This document shows positions 48,290 to 61,316 of a stretch of DNA of 64,000 nt, piece after piece. The translations under genes and the position numbers were made by a program. The DNA is from Okamejei kenojei (Eukaryota): positions 22,010,001-22,074,000 of the forward strand of contig CM069136.1 in assembly GCA_035221665.1 (NCBI GenBank), written 5' to 3'. Under the pieces are notes generated by a model. That model saw only the letters and a program-made list of their open reading frames with translations. It searched no databases and had not been told where the DNA came from. The stretch's first letter is position 1, and each line of letters opens with the position of its first letter.

Positions 48290-49330
48290 GTCATCTTAAG
48301 TTTAAGTTGACATATACACAAGTGCAGGGAGGCGTAGATACAATGAAAATCTTGCTTGAAGCAGTGTCAGGGGCACATCAATGCCGATAAACACACAAAC
48401 TGTAAATATGCAGTACATACAGGTATACATAAACCATGCAAATTTGACATAAACTACGCTGTGAAAATAAAACAAGACATCAGTGCAAAACTGAAATTTA
48501 ACAAAATCAAATACATGGTAATCCAAGAGGTGACCTGTTCCAATGCCACAAATTGCCATGGCACCCTGGATAGGGCTGTGCAGATCAGTTCAAGAACCTG
48601 ATAGCTGTGGGAAAGTCGCTATTACTGAACCCAGTGGTGTGGAAGTTCAGGCTTTTGTACTTTCTGCCTGATGGCAGCAGTGGGAAAATGATATTACTTG
48701 GATGGTGGGGAACATTGCACATTAGCATTGGATATTGGCCTTCAGCAACTTGTGTACAATCGCACAAGGTTCCTTTCAACATCAACACTTCCCGACCTCT
48801 CACCATTTCACCACCATCCTGCTTTTCCTGTTTGTGCACCAAACTGGATGATCTTACTTTCTCCACATAATATTCCATGTGGCATGATCTCACCCACTCA
48901 CTCATGTGTTTCCAAATCCACACTGCATCCTCCTCTGTACTCATCACCCCCCCACCACGATGCTATTATCAGCAAGTTTGGAAATATGATATTTTGACTC
49001 TTTGGCCAAACCACTGAGATGGGGCATCCTTGCAGTATCCCACTAATCACAGGCAGCCACTTGAGAAGAAACTATTCACTCCCACTCCTTCAGGAAGTCC
49101 TCCAGGAATTCCACTGGTTCACCTCATCTTTTCTAATTGTCACACACTCCAAGAACCAGTAGATTCGTCAACCATGACTTTTCTCTTAATATTGTTAGTC
49201 GCCTCTGCTCAATTCTGTTATTTGTAGCAATATTTCTATTTTTTTCTTTCAACAGTGTTAGGCTAACAAATCGGTTGTTTACTCTCTCCATCCACAGGAA
49301 TAATCCAGAAACTTGAAAGATAATAACCAA
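48290..49330 (-). mobile_element. Old Rex1 3' end (48290-48720) joined to a degenerate CR1 RT fragment (48720-49330)
   Basis: LLPSGRKYKSL...SDFPTAIRFLN, then CR1-like EWVRSCHMEYYVEK and SWLTNLL. Confidence 0.65.
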
Positions 49331-49939
49331 ATATCCACTACCTCTAAATTCATATCGTTCACATCTCTGCAGTGCAGATCATCAGGTCTTTAAAACTTAA
49401 TTAGCCTTCAAGCTCAATAAGTTCTCTCGCGCTAAGTTCCGTCTGCTTCTCATTCTCAATAGCATAAAAACTGAAACATCGGTTAAATAAATAGTTCCAG
49501 TAAACGAGCTCAGGGAATAGGACCAAAAGATGCTGTAATATGAACATTGGAACAGGAACAGTCCAATTAGATTTTACAGCTATCACATTAAAAATAATCA
49601 TGTCTGTTATTCTCTGTCTATTATCTGTTAGTCATCCTCATTTAGATACCCTGGCACACAACTCCACACAAATATAACAGTTTTAACAGCTCCAGATTTC
49701 TACTACCCTTTACGTGAAAAGTGCTGCTGCACTTTGATGCTCAATGACCTAATTTTAGTTTTTAAATTACTATGTGTAAATTCTCAATCAATCGTACTAA
49801 ATGCTCCATTTTGCAGCAGTCGATCAATCTGCCCGGCTTCCAAACCTGAGCGCCACGCAAGTCAGTGGAACTGAATTATGTGGAGTAGAATGTCCCACCG
49901 TCACTAGATAAGAGTTCACAGTATTTACGAATGAGCGTT

Positions 49940-52800
49940 ATCAAGTCAAGTCAACTTTATTTGTCACATACACATACACATACAAGATGTGCAGTGAAAT
50001 GAAAGTGGCAATGCCCGTGGATTGTGCAAAAACAACAGAACAACAGAACACAACCAGTATTTACATTTGAGACCAAAAAGGACACAACACAACAGTAAAT
50101 TAGTCCCTGGTGAGATTAGAGTTTACAGTCCTGACGGCCTGTTGGAAGAAACTCCATCTCATCCTCTCTATTTTCACAGAGCGACAGCGGAGGCATTTGC
50201 CTGACCGTAGCAGCTGGAACAGTCCGTGCTGGGGTGGTAGAGGTCCCTCATTATCTTGCTGGCTCTGGATCTGCACGTCCTGGTGTATAGGTCCTGCAGG
50301 GGGTTGAGTGTGGTAAAGGCGGCCGAACGCACTACTCTCTGCAGAGCCTTCCTGTCCTGGGCAGAGCCAGATTGTGATGTTGCCGGACAAGATGCTTTCT
50401 ACAGCCCCAGAGTAGAAGCACTAAAGGATCCTCAGAGAGACTCTGAATTTCCTCAGCTGCCTGAGGTGGTAAAGGCGCTGCCTTGCCTTACTCACCAGTG
50501 CAGCAGTGTGTGTTGTCCATGTCAGATCCTCTGTGATGTGGACACCCAGGTATTTAAAGCAGCTCACCCTATCCACAATAGTCCCATTTATCTCCAGTGG
50601 CGTATACGTACTCTGTGTTGAGCCCTTCTAAAGTCCACAATCAGCTCCTTAGTTTTTGTGACATTCAAGAGGAGGCTGTTGTCCTGACATCATAGTGCCA
50701 GATCATCCACCTCCTCCCGGTAGGCCTTTGCATCGTTATCAGAGATCAGGCCCACCACCACAGTGTCATCAGCAAACTTGATGATGGAGTTTTATTTTTA
50801 ATTTTTTTTTAAATTGGTACAGGAGGAGGCCATTCGGCCCCTCGAGCCAGCACCGCCATTCTTTGTGATCATGGCTGATCGTCCGCTATCAATAACCCGT
50901 GGCTGCCTTCTCCCCATATCCCTTGACTTCACTAGCCCCTGGAGCTCTATCCAAAATCCACAGAGGGCAGTGGATTTTTCCTCCACTGACCTCCGTGGCA
51001 GGGAATTCCATAAATCCACAACTCTCTGGGTAAAAAAGTTTTTTCTCAGCTCAATCTTAAATGACCTCCCCTTTATTCTAAGACTGTGGCCCCTGGTTCT
51101 GGACTCACCCAACATTGGGAACATTTTTCCTGCATCTAGCTTGTCCAGTCCTGTTATAATTGTATATGTTTCTATAAGATTCCCCCTCATCCTTCTAAAC
51201 TCCAGTGAATACAAGCCTAGTCTTTTCAATCTTTCCTCATATGACAGTCCCGCCATCCCAGGGATCAATCGCGTGAACCTACGCTGCACTGCCTCAATCA
51301 CAAGGATGTCCTTCCTCAAGTTAGGAGACCAAAACTGTACACAATACTCCAGATGTGGTCTCACCAGAGCCCTATACAACTGCAGAAGAACCTCGTTACT
51401 CCTATACTGAAATCCTCTTGTTATGAAGGCCAACATTCCATTAGCTTTCTTCACTGCCTGCTATACCTGCACGCCAACTTTCAGTGACCGGTGGACAAGG
51501 ACACCCAGGTCTCACTGTACCTCCCCCTTACCTAACCTAACCCCATTGAGATGATAATCTGCCCCCTTGTTTTTGCCGCTAAGGTGGATAACCTCACATT
51601 TATCTATATTACACTGCATCTGCCACGCATCTGCCCACTAACTCAACCTGTCCAGGTCCCCCTGCAACCTCCTAACATTCTCTTCACAGAGTTGGAGCTG
51701 AACCTGGCCACACAGTCATGTGTGTACAGGGAGTACAGTAGGGAACTGAGGATGCAACCCTGTGGGGGATCCTGTGTTCAGGGTGAGGGGGTTGGAGGTA
51801 TGTTGCCCCATCTTGACCACCTGGGGCCTGGCGGTGAGAAAGTCCAGGACCCAGGCACACAGGGGAGTGTTCAGTCCCAGTTCCAGCAGCTTCTCAGCAA
51901 GTCTGAACTGAAATCAATGAACAGCATCCGCAAATAGCTCCCCTACTGGCTGTCAAGGTGAGAGAGAGTGGTGTGCAGAACCTGGGAGACCGCATCATCC
52001 ATGGATCTGTTTGGTCGGTGTGCAAACTGCAGCGGGTCCATGGTACGAGGGAGGAAGGCACAGATGTGGTTCTTGATCAGCCTCTCGAAGCATTTCATGA
52101 CCACCGAGGTGAGGGCCACCGGACAGTAGTCATTCAAGCAAGCTGGAGAGGCATTCTTTGGCACTGGTACAATGATGGATCTTTTGAAGCAGGCAGGGAC
52201 CACGGACTTTGCCCGGGAGAGGTTGAATATTGTGGTGAACACTGGAGCTAGCTGAGTAGCACAGACTTTAGTACTCGCCCAGATATACCATCTGGGCCTA
52301 CAGCTTTCCTCGTGTCCACACGGGTTACAGCCCTCCTCACGTCGTGCTCGGTCAACAAGAATGTGTGCACATCCCCAGCGGTGGACCTCCCTCCAGCCTC
52401 GTTAGCCAGCACGCTGGTGGTGTTGTTGTTAGCCGGCGAGCTAGGGGTGATGTTGCCCGTCTCAAATCGTGCGTAGAAAGAGTTCAGGTCATCAGCTAGG
52501 GAGTTGCCTGCACTTCCGATTGAGGGGCGCTGCTCTGGTAGTCAGTTATAGTCCGTAGCCCCTGCCAATGTTGTCTGGTGTCCCACTGCTCCATCTGTGA
52601 CTCCATCCCGTCCCTGTACCTCCTTTTTGCGTCCTTCACCGCTCTTCGCAGTCAGTAGGACTCTGCCTTGAAGTCGTCCATATTGCCGGATGCCAGGCCG
52701 GAGTTGTAAGCAGCGGTGCGGGCATTCAAAGCAACGCGAATGCACCTGTCCACCCAGGGTTTTTGATTAGGACTGATGCTAACCATGGGGACGATGTTCT
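49940..52800 (-). mobile_element. Rex1/Babar LINE with RT domain, split by a CR1
   Basis: ORF 51943-52242 (VPACFKRSIIVPVPK, LNDYCPVALTSVVMKCFERL, DPLQFA); KFADDT near 50765-50780; (CTTGA)n tail. Confidence 0.92.
50792..51688 (-). mobile_element. CR1 3' portion with A-rich tail
   Basis: ORF 50798-51454; GAGTT duplicated at 50787-50791 and 51689-51693. Confidence 0.93.
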
Positions 52801-52864
52801 TCTCTTTTAATTGACCATAAAGTTTAATTCCAAGAAATTCCTGCCATAAATGAAGAAGTGCTTA

Positions 52865-53140
52865 GGGGTAGGCCATTTAGGACTGAGATGAGGAAAAACG
52901 TTTTCACCCAGTTGTGAATCTGTGGAGTTCTCTGCCACAGAAGGCAGTGGAGGCCAATTCACGGGATTAATTCAAGATATATGTATTCAAGATATATTGG
53001 ATATAGTTATTAACGGAATCAAGGGATATGGAGAGAAAGCAGGAACAGGGTACTAATTTTGGACGTTCAGCCATGATCATATTTAATAGCTCGAAGGACC
53101 GAATGGCCTCCCCCTGCACTTATTTTCTGTGTTTCTATGT
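52865..53140 (+). mobile_element. CR1 3' end
   Basis: Similar to 2030-2297. Confidence 0.88.
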
Positions 53141-54074
53141 TAAGCATAGACGTCCTTTCTGAGTTGTGATATGTACTGACATTTAGAAATATCTAAATGC
53201 AAAGTGACTATTTGGAAATTATTTAAATAGTCGATGAGTATAGAAAATTCTACCTCCAAGTTGTAGTGTCCGATTGATTTGATCCCTGCTGTTTTTCATT
53301 TGAACCATATTCAACCAATTCATTGCATCAAAGCATAAAGTCTCAATTCATGATTAGCTGAGGCACATGAGATTGTCAATAATTCTGATGCAAATCTAAA
53401 TGAATATCAGAATATGAATAATTTGTACCATAGCCCATTTTGTCTCATCTCATAATATGTAATCTTTAAAATTCTTACCACATCCCAATATACCCTCTTA
53501 AAATAAGTTATTAATGTGGAAGTGATGAGTGACATTGGTTGAAATGACAACTAGATGTATGCTGAGCAATGTAACATGGATAATTGGGGAATTTACTATG
53601 CTTGATTCATGATTATACACTTCCACACTTTAATTGCATCAGCAATTTTGCATAACTGGAGGGAATGAGGATTGTTTTACACAGGGATTGGATCCGGCAG
53701 ATTTTTAATTTAATGGATGTCACATTTCTGTAGACAGTGAAAGCTTTTTAACCTTTGATTTTTTTTTTTACATAATGGAAATGTATATATTTTTTAATTT
53801 GGCATTTTAAAATGGATATTGTATAATGAAAAATGAGGCTGCACATTATGAAAATCTGAAATAAAAACATGAACTGTAAGAATCAGCGAATCTCTTTGAA
53901 GGGAAAAGTCAGATTATTGCCATTTCTGGTATTTAACCGTCTCCAGAACTGAATAAGTTTGGAAAACCATTAAGAGGGACGAGTAAAAAGGGAGAAAATT
54001 ATTATTAATCAAAGTTTAGGGGGTATAGCTTTATATGTGAAAGGGGAAAGTTTAAAGGAGATGGGCACACAAAG

Positions 54075-55076
54075 ACAGACACAAAATACTGGAGTAACTC
54101 AGCTGGTCAGACAGCATTTCTGGAGAAAAGGAATAGGTGAAGTTTTGGGTCGAGACTCTTCTTCAGACTGAGAGTCGGAGGAACGGAAACAAGAAATATA
54201 GACAGTGATGTAGAGAGATATAGAACAAATGAATGAAAGATAAGTAATGAAAGGCTGACTAAGCGAAGGTGTTCAGTGAAACGATCGCCCAGTAACGATC
54301 GCCGATGTATAAGAGCCCACTCCTTGAATGACGGACACAGTAGATGAGGTTGGAGGAGGGAATCTCGGCCTCTCCTGAAAGGACTGTCGGTGTCCCTGGA
54401 CAGAGTCGAGGGGGGAGGTATAGGGACAGGTGTTGCATCTCCTGCAGTTACAGGGGAAAGTACCTGAGGAGAGGGCGGTTTGCATGTAAAGAGATGTGTT
54501 TACCAGGGAGTTGTGGAGGGAACAGGCTCTGTGGAAAGGGGTGGAGATGGGAAGATGTGACTAGTGGTGCGATCCTATTGGAGGTGACGAAAATGTCGGA
54601 GGATTATGTGTTGTAAGCGACAGCTGATGGGGTGAAAGGTAAGGACTAGGGTAACCCTGTCACTGTTGTGACGGGGGAGGAGGAGTAAGGGCAGAGAGCC
54701 TCATCTATGATGGAAGAGGGGAATCCCCGTTCCCGGAAGAATGAGGACATCTCGGATGTCCTGGTATAGAAACATGGGAACATAGAAAATAGGTGCAGGA
54801 GTAGGCCATTCCACCCTTCGAGCCTGCACCGCCATTCAATATGTCATGGCTGATCATCCAACTCAGTATCCTGTACCTGCCTTCTCTCCATACCCCCTGA
54901 TGCCTTTAGCCACAAGGGCCACATCTAACTCCCTCTGTATGGAACACCTCATCTTGGGCGCAGATGTGGCATAGCTGGAGGAATTGGGCGTAGGTGATAG
55001 AGTCTTTGCAGGAAGCAGGGTGTGAAGAAGTGTAGCCTAGGTAGTTGTGGGAGTCAGTGGGTGTGTGAAGAATTTG
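54075..55076 (-). mobile_element. Penelope-like element (RT thumb, GIY-YIG, pLTR) with a CR1 tail inserted at ~54766-54935
   Basis: PTDSHNYLGYTSSHPASCKDSITYAQFL and GTFPCNCRRCNTCPYTS motifs. Confidence 0.88.
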
Positions 55077-55664
55077 CAGATGGCTCAAATGATCTAAAGG
55101 AGATGTAATTGGCAAGAATTTCCACACAGATGGTATTGGATGTCTGGAACATACTGCCAAGGGATGCGCTGGAGGCAAATATGATAGTGGCATTGAAGAG
55201 GCTTTTTGATAGGCACTTGGATAGGATGAATGTGGATCATCCCTCTCATGTGGGGAATGGAGGTATGTGTATTATGACAATTATGAGGTATGAGGTAGAT
55301 GAGATGACTTAATCTTAAAATTATGTTCAGTACAGGCATTGTGGGCTGAACGTCTGGCTCCTTTGCTGTACCTTTCCCAGTTCTATGATCTAAATCAATA
55401 AATGTAGTGATTGATCACCAGTGAGGGTTTAGGTTGAACCATCTGCAAATTCCTTAACAAAATATTGTTGGCCGAATGAAAGATTGTGCTCTAGTTTGTG
55501 ACTGAATATTGAGAGGATGAGTTGGGGTTACAATTCAGTGTTTGTGGCTTTACAATTGGGCTGGGGCTGCACTCAGACCACTGGTGGTGGGGCACTTAAG
55601 TGAACTTACAATGAAGGATAAGTATATATTTTAAAAGGCTCTTGTGGCATGAATTTTTAATGGA

Positions 55665-55852
55665 TATTTCAATGAATATTTTTAAGGCAGAGATGGATAG
55701 ATTCTTGATTTGTACGGGTGTCAGGGGTTATGGGGAGAAGACAGGAGAATGGGGTTCGGAAGTAGAGAAAGATCAGCCATGATGGAATGGCAGAGTAGAC
55801 CTGATGGACTGAATGGCCTAATTCTGCTCCTATCATTCATGACATTATGACC
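55665..55852 (+). mobile_element. CR1 3' end
   Basis: Similar to 32645-32820. Confidence 0.85.
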
Positions 55853-56427
55853 TCAATATGTCACTCAACATGTCTCACATTTGTAACTTGGCTCTGATCA
55901 AGTTTCTCCACATACTATTTGAAGGTTTATTCTTTGTATAAATGATTGTTTGTTTGAAGATCATTGATGCATGCCACTAATGGACATATGTAACAGCAGA
56001 TTGGACACCACGCATCATGTGCAAGTGACTCGGTGAAAAAATGAGTGACATGTAACAATTGTCAACAATCTGCAGATCTGTGTAAAATGTGCTGTAATCC
56101 CCCTACAATAAACAGTCCTTTGCAAATTCTGAGCCAGTTCTGATTGAATTTTATCGTATTGCAAGTTGACACATTTTTCAATGTTTTAGAATCAGCTTTC
56201 CATTGGAGGAGGATGCATGGATTACTGGGTCGAATTCCTATTTATTTGTGTTCTTATGTCCAGTAAAAATGGGTGGAAATATTTTTGGAAAAAGGGAAAG
56301 AAAATATACTAAGTGACTATGGAGAAGAAATATAGAGGTGAAAAAAGTAAAGACTAAACTGCACCACATGTCAAATTGAACTCACTAACAAAAAGAACGG
56401 TTCACACCACTCAATGTTGCTTTGTTC

Positions 56428-57350
56428 AGAAAGGAACTGCAAAGCTGGTTCAAACTGGAGATAGCCACAAAATACTGAAGTAACTCAGTAGGTCAGACAG
56501 CATGTCTGGAGAAAAGGAATAGGTGACGTTTCGGATAGAGACGTCTGAAGAAGGGTCTTGACCCAAAACGTCACCCATTCCATTTCCCCAGAGATGCTGA
56601 CCCGCTGAGTAATGGGCCTGTCCCTCTTAGGCGACTTTTTAGATGATTGCAAGAGACTATGCAGTCGCCACATGGTCGCCACATGTTCGCGGGTAGTTGC
56701 CGGGGAGGCGGCTTCATGGTTTCTGCATTCTGGGAACGGCCTCATTATGGTCGCCGCTAATTTTTCAACATGTTGCCATGGAGAGTAGCGAGAATTCCTA
56801 TGCTGTAGATGGGTCGCCAGGAAGTCCTAGTGGGTTGCCAGGTGGTTGACGGTTCTCATAGGTTCTAGTAGGTTGTAGCCGGTGCTGACTGGTAAATTTC
56901 ATTGGCTCAATGGGGAAAAAAGGTAAGCAATAGTTTACTGTCCGCCGAGCTTCACAGCCGTGTTTCTCTGGCTTCTTAAAAGTTGTCTCCACTCATTCTC
57001 CCCCCTTCTCCCCACTCTTTTAAAGGACTTACCGTACACTGTGCTTTAGCCGTCTCAATTACAGTGTCAACCTTCCTGTTTATTGCGGTGTGTGTCTGTA
57101 TCACATTGGATTTGCACCGTGGGAATTTTTTAGACAGGGCAAGGGGGGGGGAGGGGTGAGCGCTGTCTAAAAAATTCACACAGGGCTGGTGAAGGAAGCG
57201 ATGTGTTTGTGTGTGTTCCACTTTGACAGTCGCCGTTCAGGTTGTTAGGGTTTTCAGGCGACTGCTGGCCACTTGACAGTCGCCGGCAGTCCGCTGAAAA
57301 ACCGCCTCAGTGGGACAGGTCCACTACTCCAGCTCTTTGCGTCTATCTTC
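56428..57350. mobile_element. Head-to-head pLTR-derived pair interrupted by a MITE
   Basis: GACGTTTCGG...CTGAAGAAGGGTCTTGACCCAAAACGTC junction; GCTGAGT resumes as TACTCCAGC after the MITE. Confidence 0.75.
56613..57323. mobile_element. Harbinger-type MITE, long variant
   Basis: TIRs TGGGCCTGTCCCTCTTAGGCG / CGCCTCAGTGGGACAGGTCCA flanked by TAA and CTA. Confidence 0.82.
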
Positions 57351-58059
57351 AACTTGTTGATTTACTGTTATCAGTACCCTGCTAACAATCTCCCATAGTG
57401 CCTTAAGAAGTCTCCAATACAAGGTGTAACACCCTGGCTTGGATCCATGGGAGGATCGAACACTATGGTCTCTGACTGGCACCAGTTCCACAACCTGCTC
57501 ATTAACCTTAGGAAATGCACATCATTTGGACTTGGACTGCCAATGGTTTATGAGAAGATTCAGAAAGATGGAACAGTGACATGGGAAAATACAAAATCAA
57601 TTAACTCTGAACCGCAAATAATAATGATTTCACTTTATTCTGGCAGGAGTCATTCAATTGCATTTGACAAAAGTCTCCAAGCTTTTTGTTCAACAGAAAT
57701 AAACATTCGAAGAGGTGTACAACAGGCAGCTGAATCGATCATTCAGTGTCACCCTAAAGTAATGTCTTGTTTTTGTGTGGTTAGAGATTGATCCAAGTTA
57801 TATTTCTGTTTTCATGTCACAGTGCACCTGAAGCCATATTGCATCAACATGAAAGAGCTTTTGTAGTGGGAGCCTCATCAGCCAGTTTGTATTGTTACTA
57901 ATGAAGATAAAATAGTCCATTTGATGACAGTGGGTTCAGCTAATTTTCTTTCATTTGACACAATGTAAATCAACTAATTAGTGGCATTAGATTACAGATT
58001 TTTCATCACGTGGCTGAAATGACTTGCAGTTTCTCATTGATGCCGGACCAGGTTGACGT

Positions 58060-58590
58060 AGACTCATAGAATGATACAGTGTGGAAACAGGCCCTGCAGC
58101 CCAACTTGCCCACACTGGCCAACATATCCCAGCTACACTAGTCCCACTTGCCTGCGCTTGGTCCATATCCTCCCAAACGTTGTCCTATGCATGTATCTGT
58201 CGAACTGTTTCTTAAACGTTGGGATAGTCCCAGCTATCAACTACCTCCTCTGGCAGCTTGTTACATACACCCACCACCTTTTCCGGTGAAATAATTACCG
58301 CTCAGATTCCTATTAAATCCTTTCCTCTTCACCTTGAACCTATGTCCTCTGGTCCTCGATTCCCCTACTCTGAGCAATAGATTCTGTGCATGTACCCGAT
58401 CTCATGATTTTATACACCTCTATAAGATCACCCCTCATTCTCCTGCGCTCCAAGGATTAGAGACCCAGCCTACTCAACCTCTCCCTATAGCTCAGACCCT
58501 CTCGTCCTGGCAACATCCTCATAAATCTTCTCTTAACCCTTTCAAGCTTGACAATATCTTTCCCATAACATGGTGCCCAGAACTCAATAC
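58060..58590 (-). mobile_element. CR1 3' end
   Basis: Similar to 28775-29315. Confidence 0.9.
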
Positions 58591-58865
58591 AATTCAGCAT
58601 TAATATTAGCAGTTTAGCTTCCAAAATAAAAGCCAAATAAAGCCAAATAAAATCTGATATTAGAAAATAACAAACATCAAGGCTATATACTGTAACCTTA
58701 GAAGTGTCTCAATGTTAAATGGTATAGATTTGAAAGGTAATGTCAACTATAGCATAAGGGGACCACTTCTGCCTCTCAATCACATTCTAGACACAAAACT
58801 AGGATGACCTTTAAGTATTAGAGAAAGTTCCTGATAAAGGAGGACCAAAGCAGGTATACAATGTA

Positions 58866-59245
58866 TTGGAGACGCAAGGCACTGCAAATGATGGAAACTT
58901 GACTAAAACACAAAGTGCTGGAAAAACTCAGCAGGTCTGTAGCATTTATGGAAGGTTAATTGTCAGACAACATTTGAAGAAGGATCACAATCTGAAATGT
59001 GTAAGAAGGAAATGCAGATGCTGGTTTAAACCAGAAGAAGCGTCTCGACCCAAACGTCACCCATTCCTTCTCTCCAGAGATGCTGCCTGTCCCGCTGAGT
59101 TACTCCAGCATTTTGTGTCTATCTTTGGTCCTTTATCTTTCACATATAAATCTATCTTTGGTCACAACCTGAAATGGTATCTGCCATTTTCCTCCACAAA
59201 TTCTGCCTGGCCTGCTGAGTTCCTTCAGAAGTTTGTTTTTTGAAT
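58866..59245. mobile_element. Composite of Penelope pLTR-derived repeats
   Basis: GAAGAAGCGTCTCGACCCAAACGTCACCCATTCC...GAGTTACTCCAGCATTTTGTG at 59034-59120 within older copies. Confidence 0.7.
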
Positions 59246-59446
59246 ATAATATAATGATTGTTTGTATTTCCAAAATTCAGCTCCATTGACTTGAATTGCA
59301 ACAAAGTTCAGAAGTGAGTACAATGCACTGTCATTACCAGATTGGTAATTTAGCCATAGTGCAAAAATATTTATTTTTCCCTATATGCCCTCTCAGATGG
59401 TTGCAAAATCATGGGCTATGTTTGCAACACATATGTAACACTATGT

Positions 59447-59751
59447 GCACAGTGGCACAGCGGTAGTGTTGCTGCCTTACAGCGCCAGAGACCAGGGTTC
59501 TATCCTGACTGTGGGTGCTGTCTATACGGAGTTTGTACGTTCTTCCTGTGGCCTGCGTGGGTTTTCTCTGAGATCTTCGGTTTCCTCCCAACACTCCAAA
59601 GACATACAGGTTTGTAGGCTAATTGGCTTGGTATAAATGTAAAATTGTCCCTAATGTGTGCAGGGCAGTGTTGATGTGCGGGGATCGTTGGTCGGTGTGC
59701 TCAGTGGGCCATTTGCATGCTGTATCTCTAAACTGAACAAAACTAAACTAA
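59447..59751 (+). mobile_element. V-SINE (HE1-like), near full length
   Basis: A box TGGCACAGCGG, B box GGTTCTATCC, V-domain-like GGTTTCCTCCCA, (AAACT)n tail. Confidence 0.88.
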
Positions 59752-60436
59752 GTCCTCAATCCCGATAGTACAATTGTGGCTGCACTTCAAAAGTACCTGT
59801 TGGCCATGCAGTTATTTATGACAACATGAAGTCATGGAATAACGGAAAGGCGGGGAGAATAAAATGGTATTTTTTGAAGTGGCAATGCAGACTTGGTAGG
59901 TTGAAGAGCTTATTTTCATGCTTGAATGCCTATGAATGATACAGCATGAATGGGCCTATTAAAAGGATGAACAGACTGCGGTTATCAAGATATTTGAACT
60001 ACAACATCTCAAACTTGGCTCACATTGTAGCAAAGGTTTCATATATGAAAAACACTGGAAGATCAAATAATAGAACTGAGATATTGAGATTTCAGCTCCA
60101 ACCACAACACAAAAGTGACTTTGACAAGACCCCATCGAAGTCCACCAGAGCATGATGCTGTTTGAACTTGTTCTAGTTTGCTTACATCTTTGAAATGTAT
60201 TCAGGATTAAACAAGCTGAATGTTCCTTATCAGCCTTAACACATTTTTCACCAGGCAGAACCTATCATGAATAGAATTGCTGTTTTTTGTCTGTGGAGCC
60301 ATAATACAAGACCCTTTATCTCATTGAAGGATAGCATTCCTTATTTGGAATATGCCCTAAGCACTTGCAATGATCAGACACCCACATAGCCCCATCAATT
60401 ATACATATATGATATATGATATATGAGAGTCCACTA

Positions 60437-61250
60437 GGGGCGCCACATTGAAGGCAGCCTCGCCTATAGTCTGTTTGTTTTTCAATCTTTTTTTAATTTT
60501 TAGTTCGTTTTAAAGTTTGTTTTGGGGAATCCTTAACTTTTCTATGTGGGGGGGGGGCAGCGTAAGGAGGAAACTGTTTCCTAGTTGCTTCCTGGCCGGG
60601 ACGCGACTATTCTCCGAGTCGCGTCCTAGCCCCCCCTCCTCGTGGCCTACCACCTGGATTGGCATGACCTTTCCTGCCAGGGACCGGACTAGAGCTTCAA
60701 CAGCGGTGGTGCAGTGCTGGATTCACCACGGAGTGGGCGATGCCGACCCTGATCACCATTTGGAGCTCCGGAGCGTTGGGAGAGGTTCCAGCGCGGCTGC
60801 ACTGAACAACATCGCAGAGTCCTGGCACCCTTTGCCGAGAGCCGCCAGCGTTGCATCTCCACCCAGCGCGGCCTGCGGACTTTGGGAGCCGCGGACATCC
60901 GAGTCGGGAGCCGCCCGACTCGGATGTCCAAGCCGCTGAGGAGGTCCTCCAGTCCCGACGTCGGACATCCAACACGCCGGCGAGCGGGGCTGAACATTGG
61001 CGACAGCGGAGTGTTCAGGAGGCCCTGACCACGGGTGAACATCGGGAACATTAGTGGAAGATGACTGACTTTTGGTGCCTTCCCTCACGGTGGGAAACTT
61101 TTGATTCTGCTGTGTGGGGATGTTTTATGTTGAACTCTATTGTGTGTTGTGTTCTTTATTTTTACTGTATGGCTGTATGGTGATCACACATTTCACTGCG
61201 CCAACTGGCACATGTGACTAATAAATGTATCTTGTATCTTGTATCTTGTA
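60437..61250 (+). mobile_element. GC-rich non-autonomous retroposon with Rex1-like 3' tail
   Basis: Ends ATTTCACTGCGCCAACTGGCACATGTGACTAATAAA-(TGTATC)n, like Rex1 tails in this window; no RT homology. Confidence 0.6.
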
Positions 61251-61316
61251 TATCATAAACTCACACCATTTCAGGCCTGTAAACAAGTCTTTCAACATAT
61301 CAAGACTTGCATCAAT

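Noticed and set aside
59447-59520. tRNA gene
   Set aside because: The A/B boxes belong to a SINE head that continues into SINE body and tail; no cloverleaf.
60437-60490. Possible HDV-like fold at the start of the GC-rich element (ATTGAA/TTCAAT, GGC/GCC)
   Set aside because: No P1 partner, no P1.1 and no J4/2 catalytic C in position.
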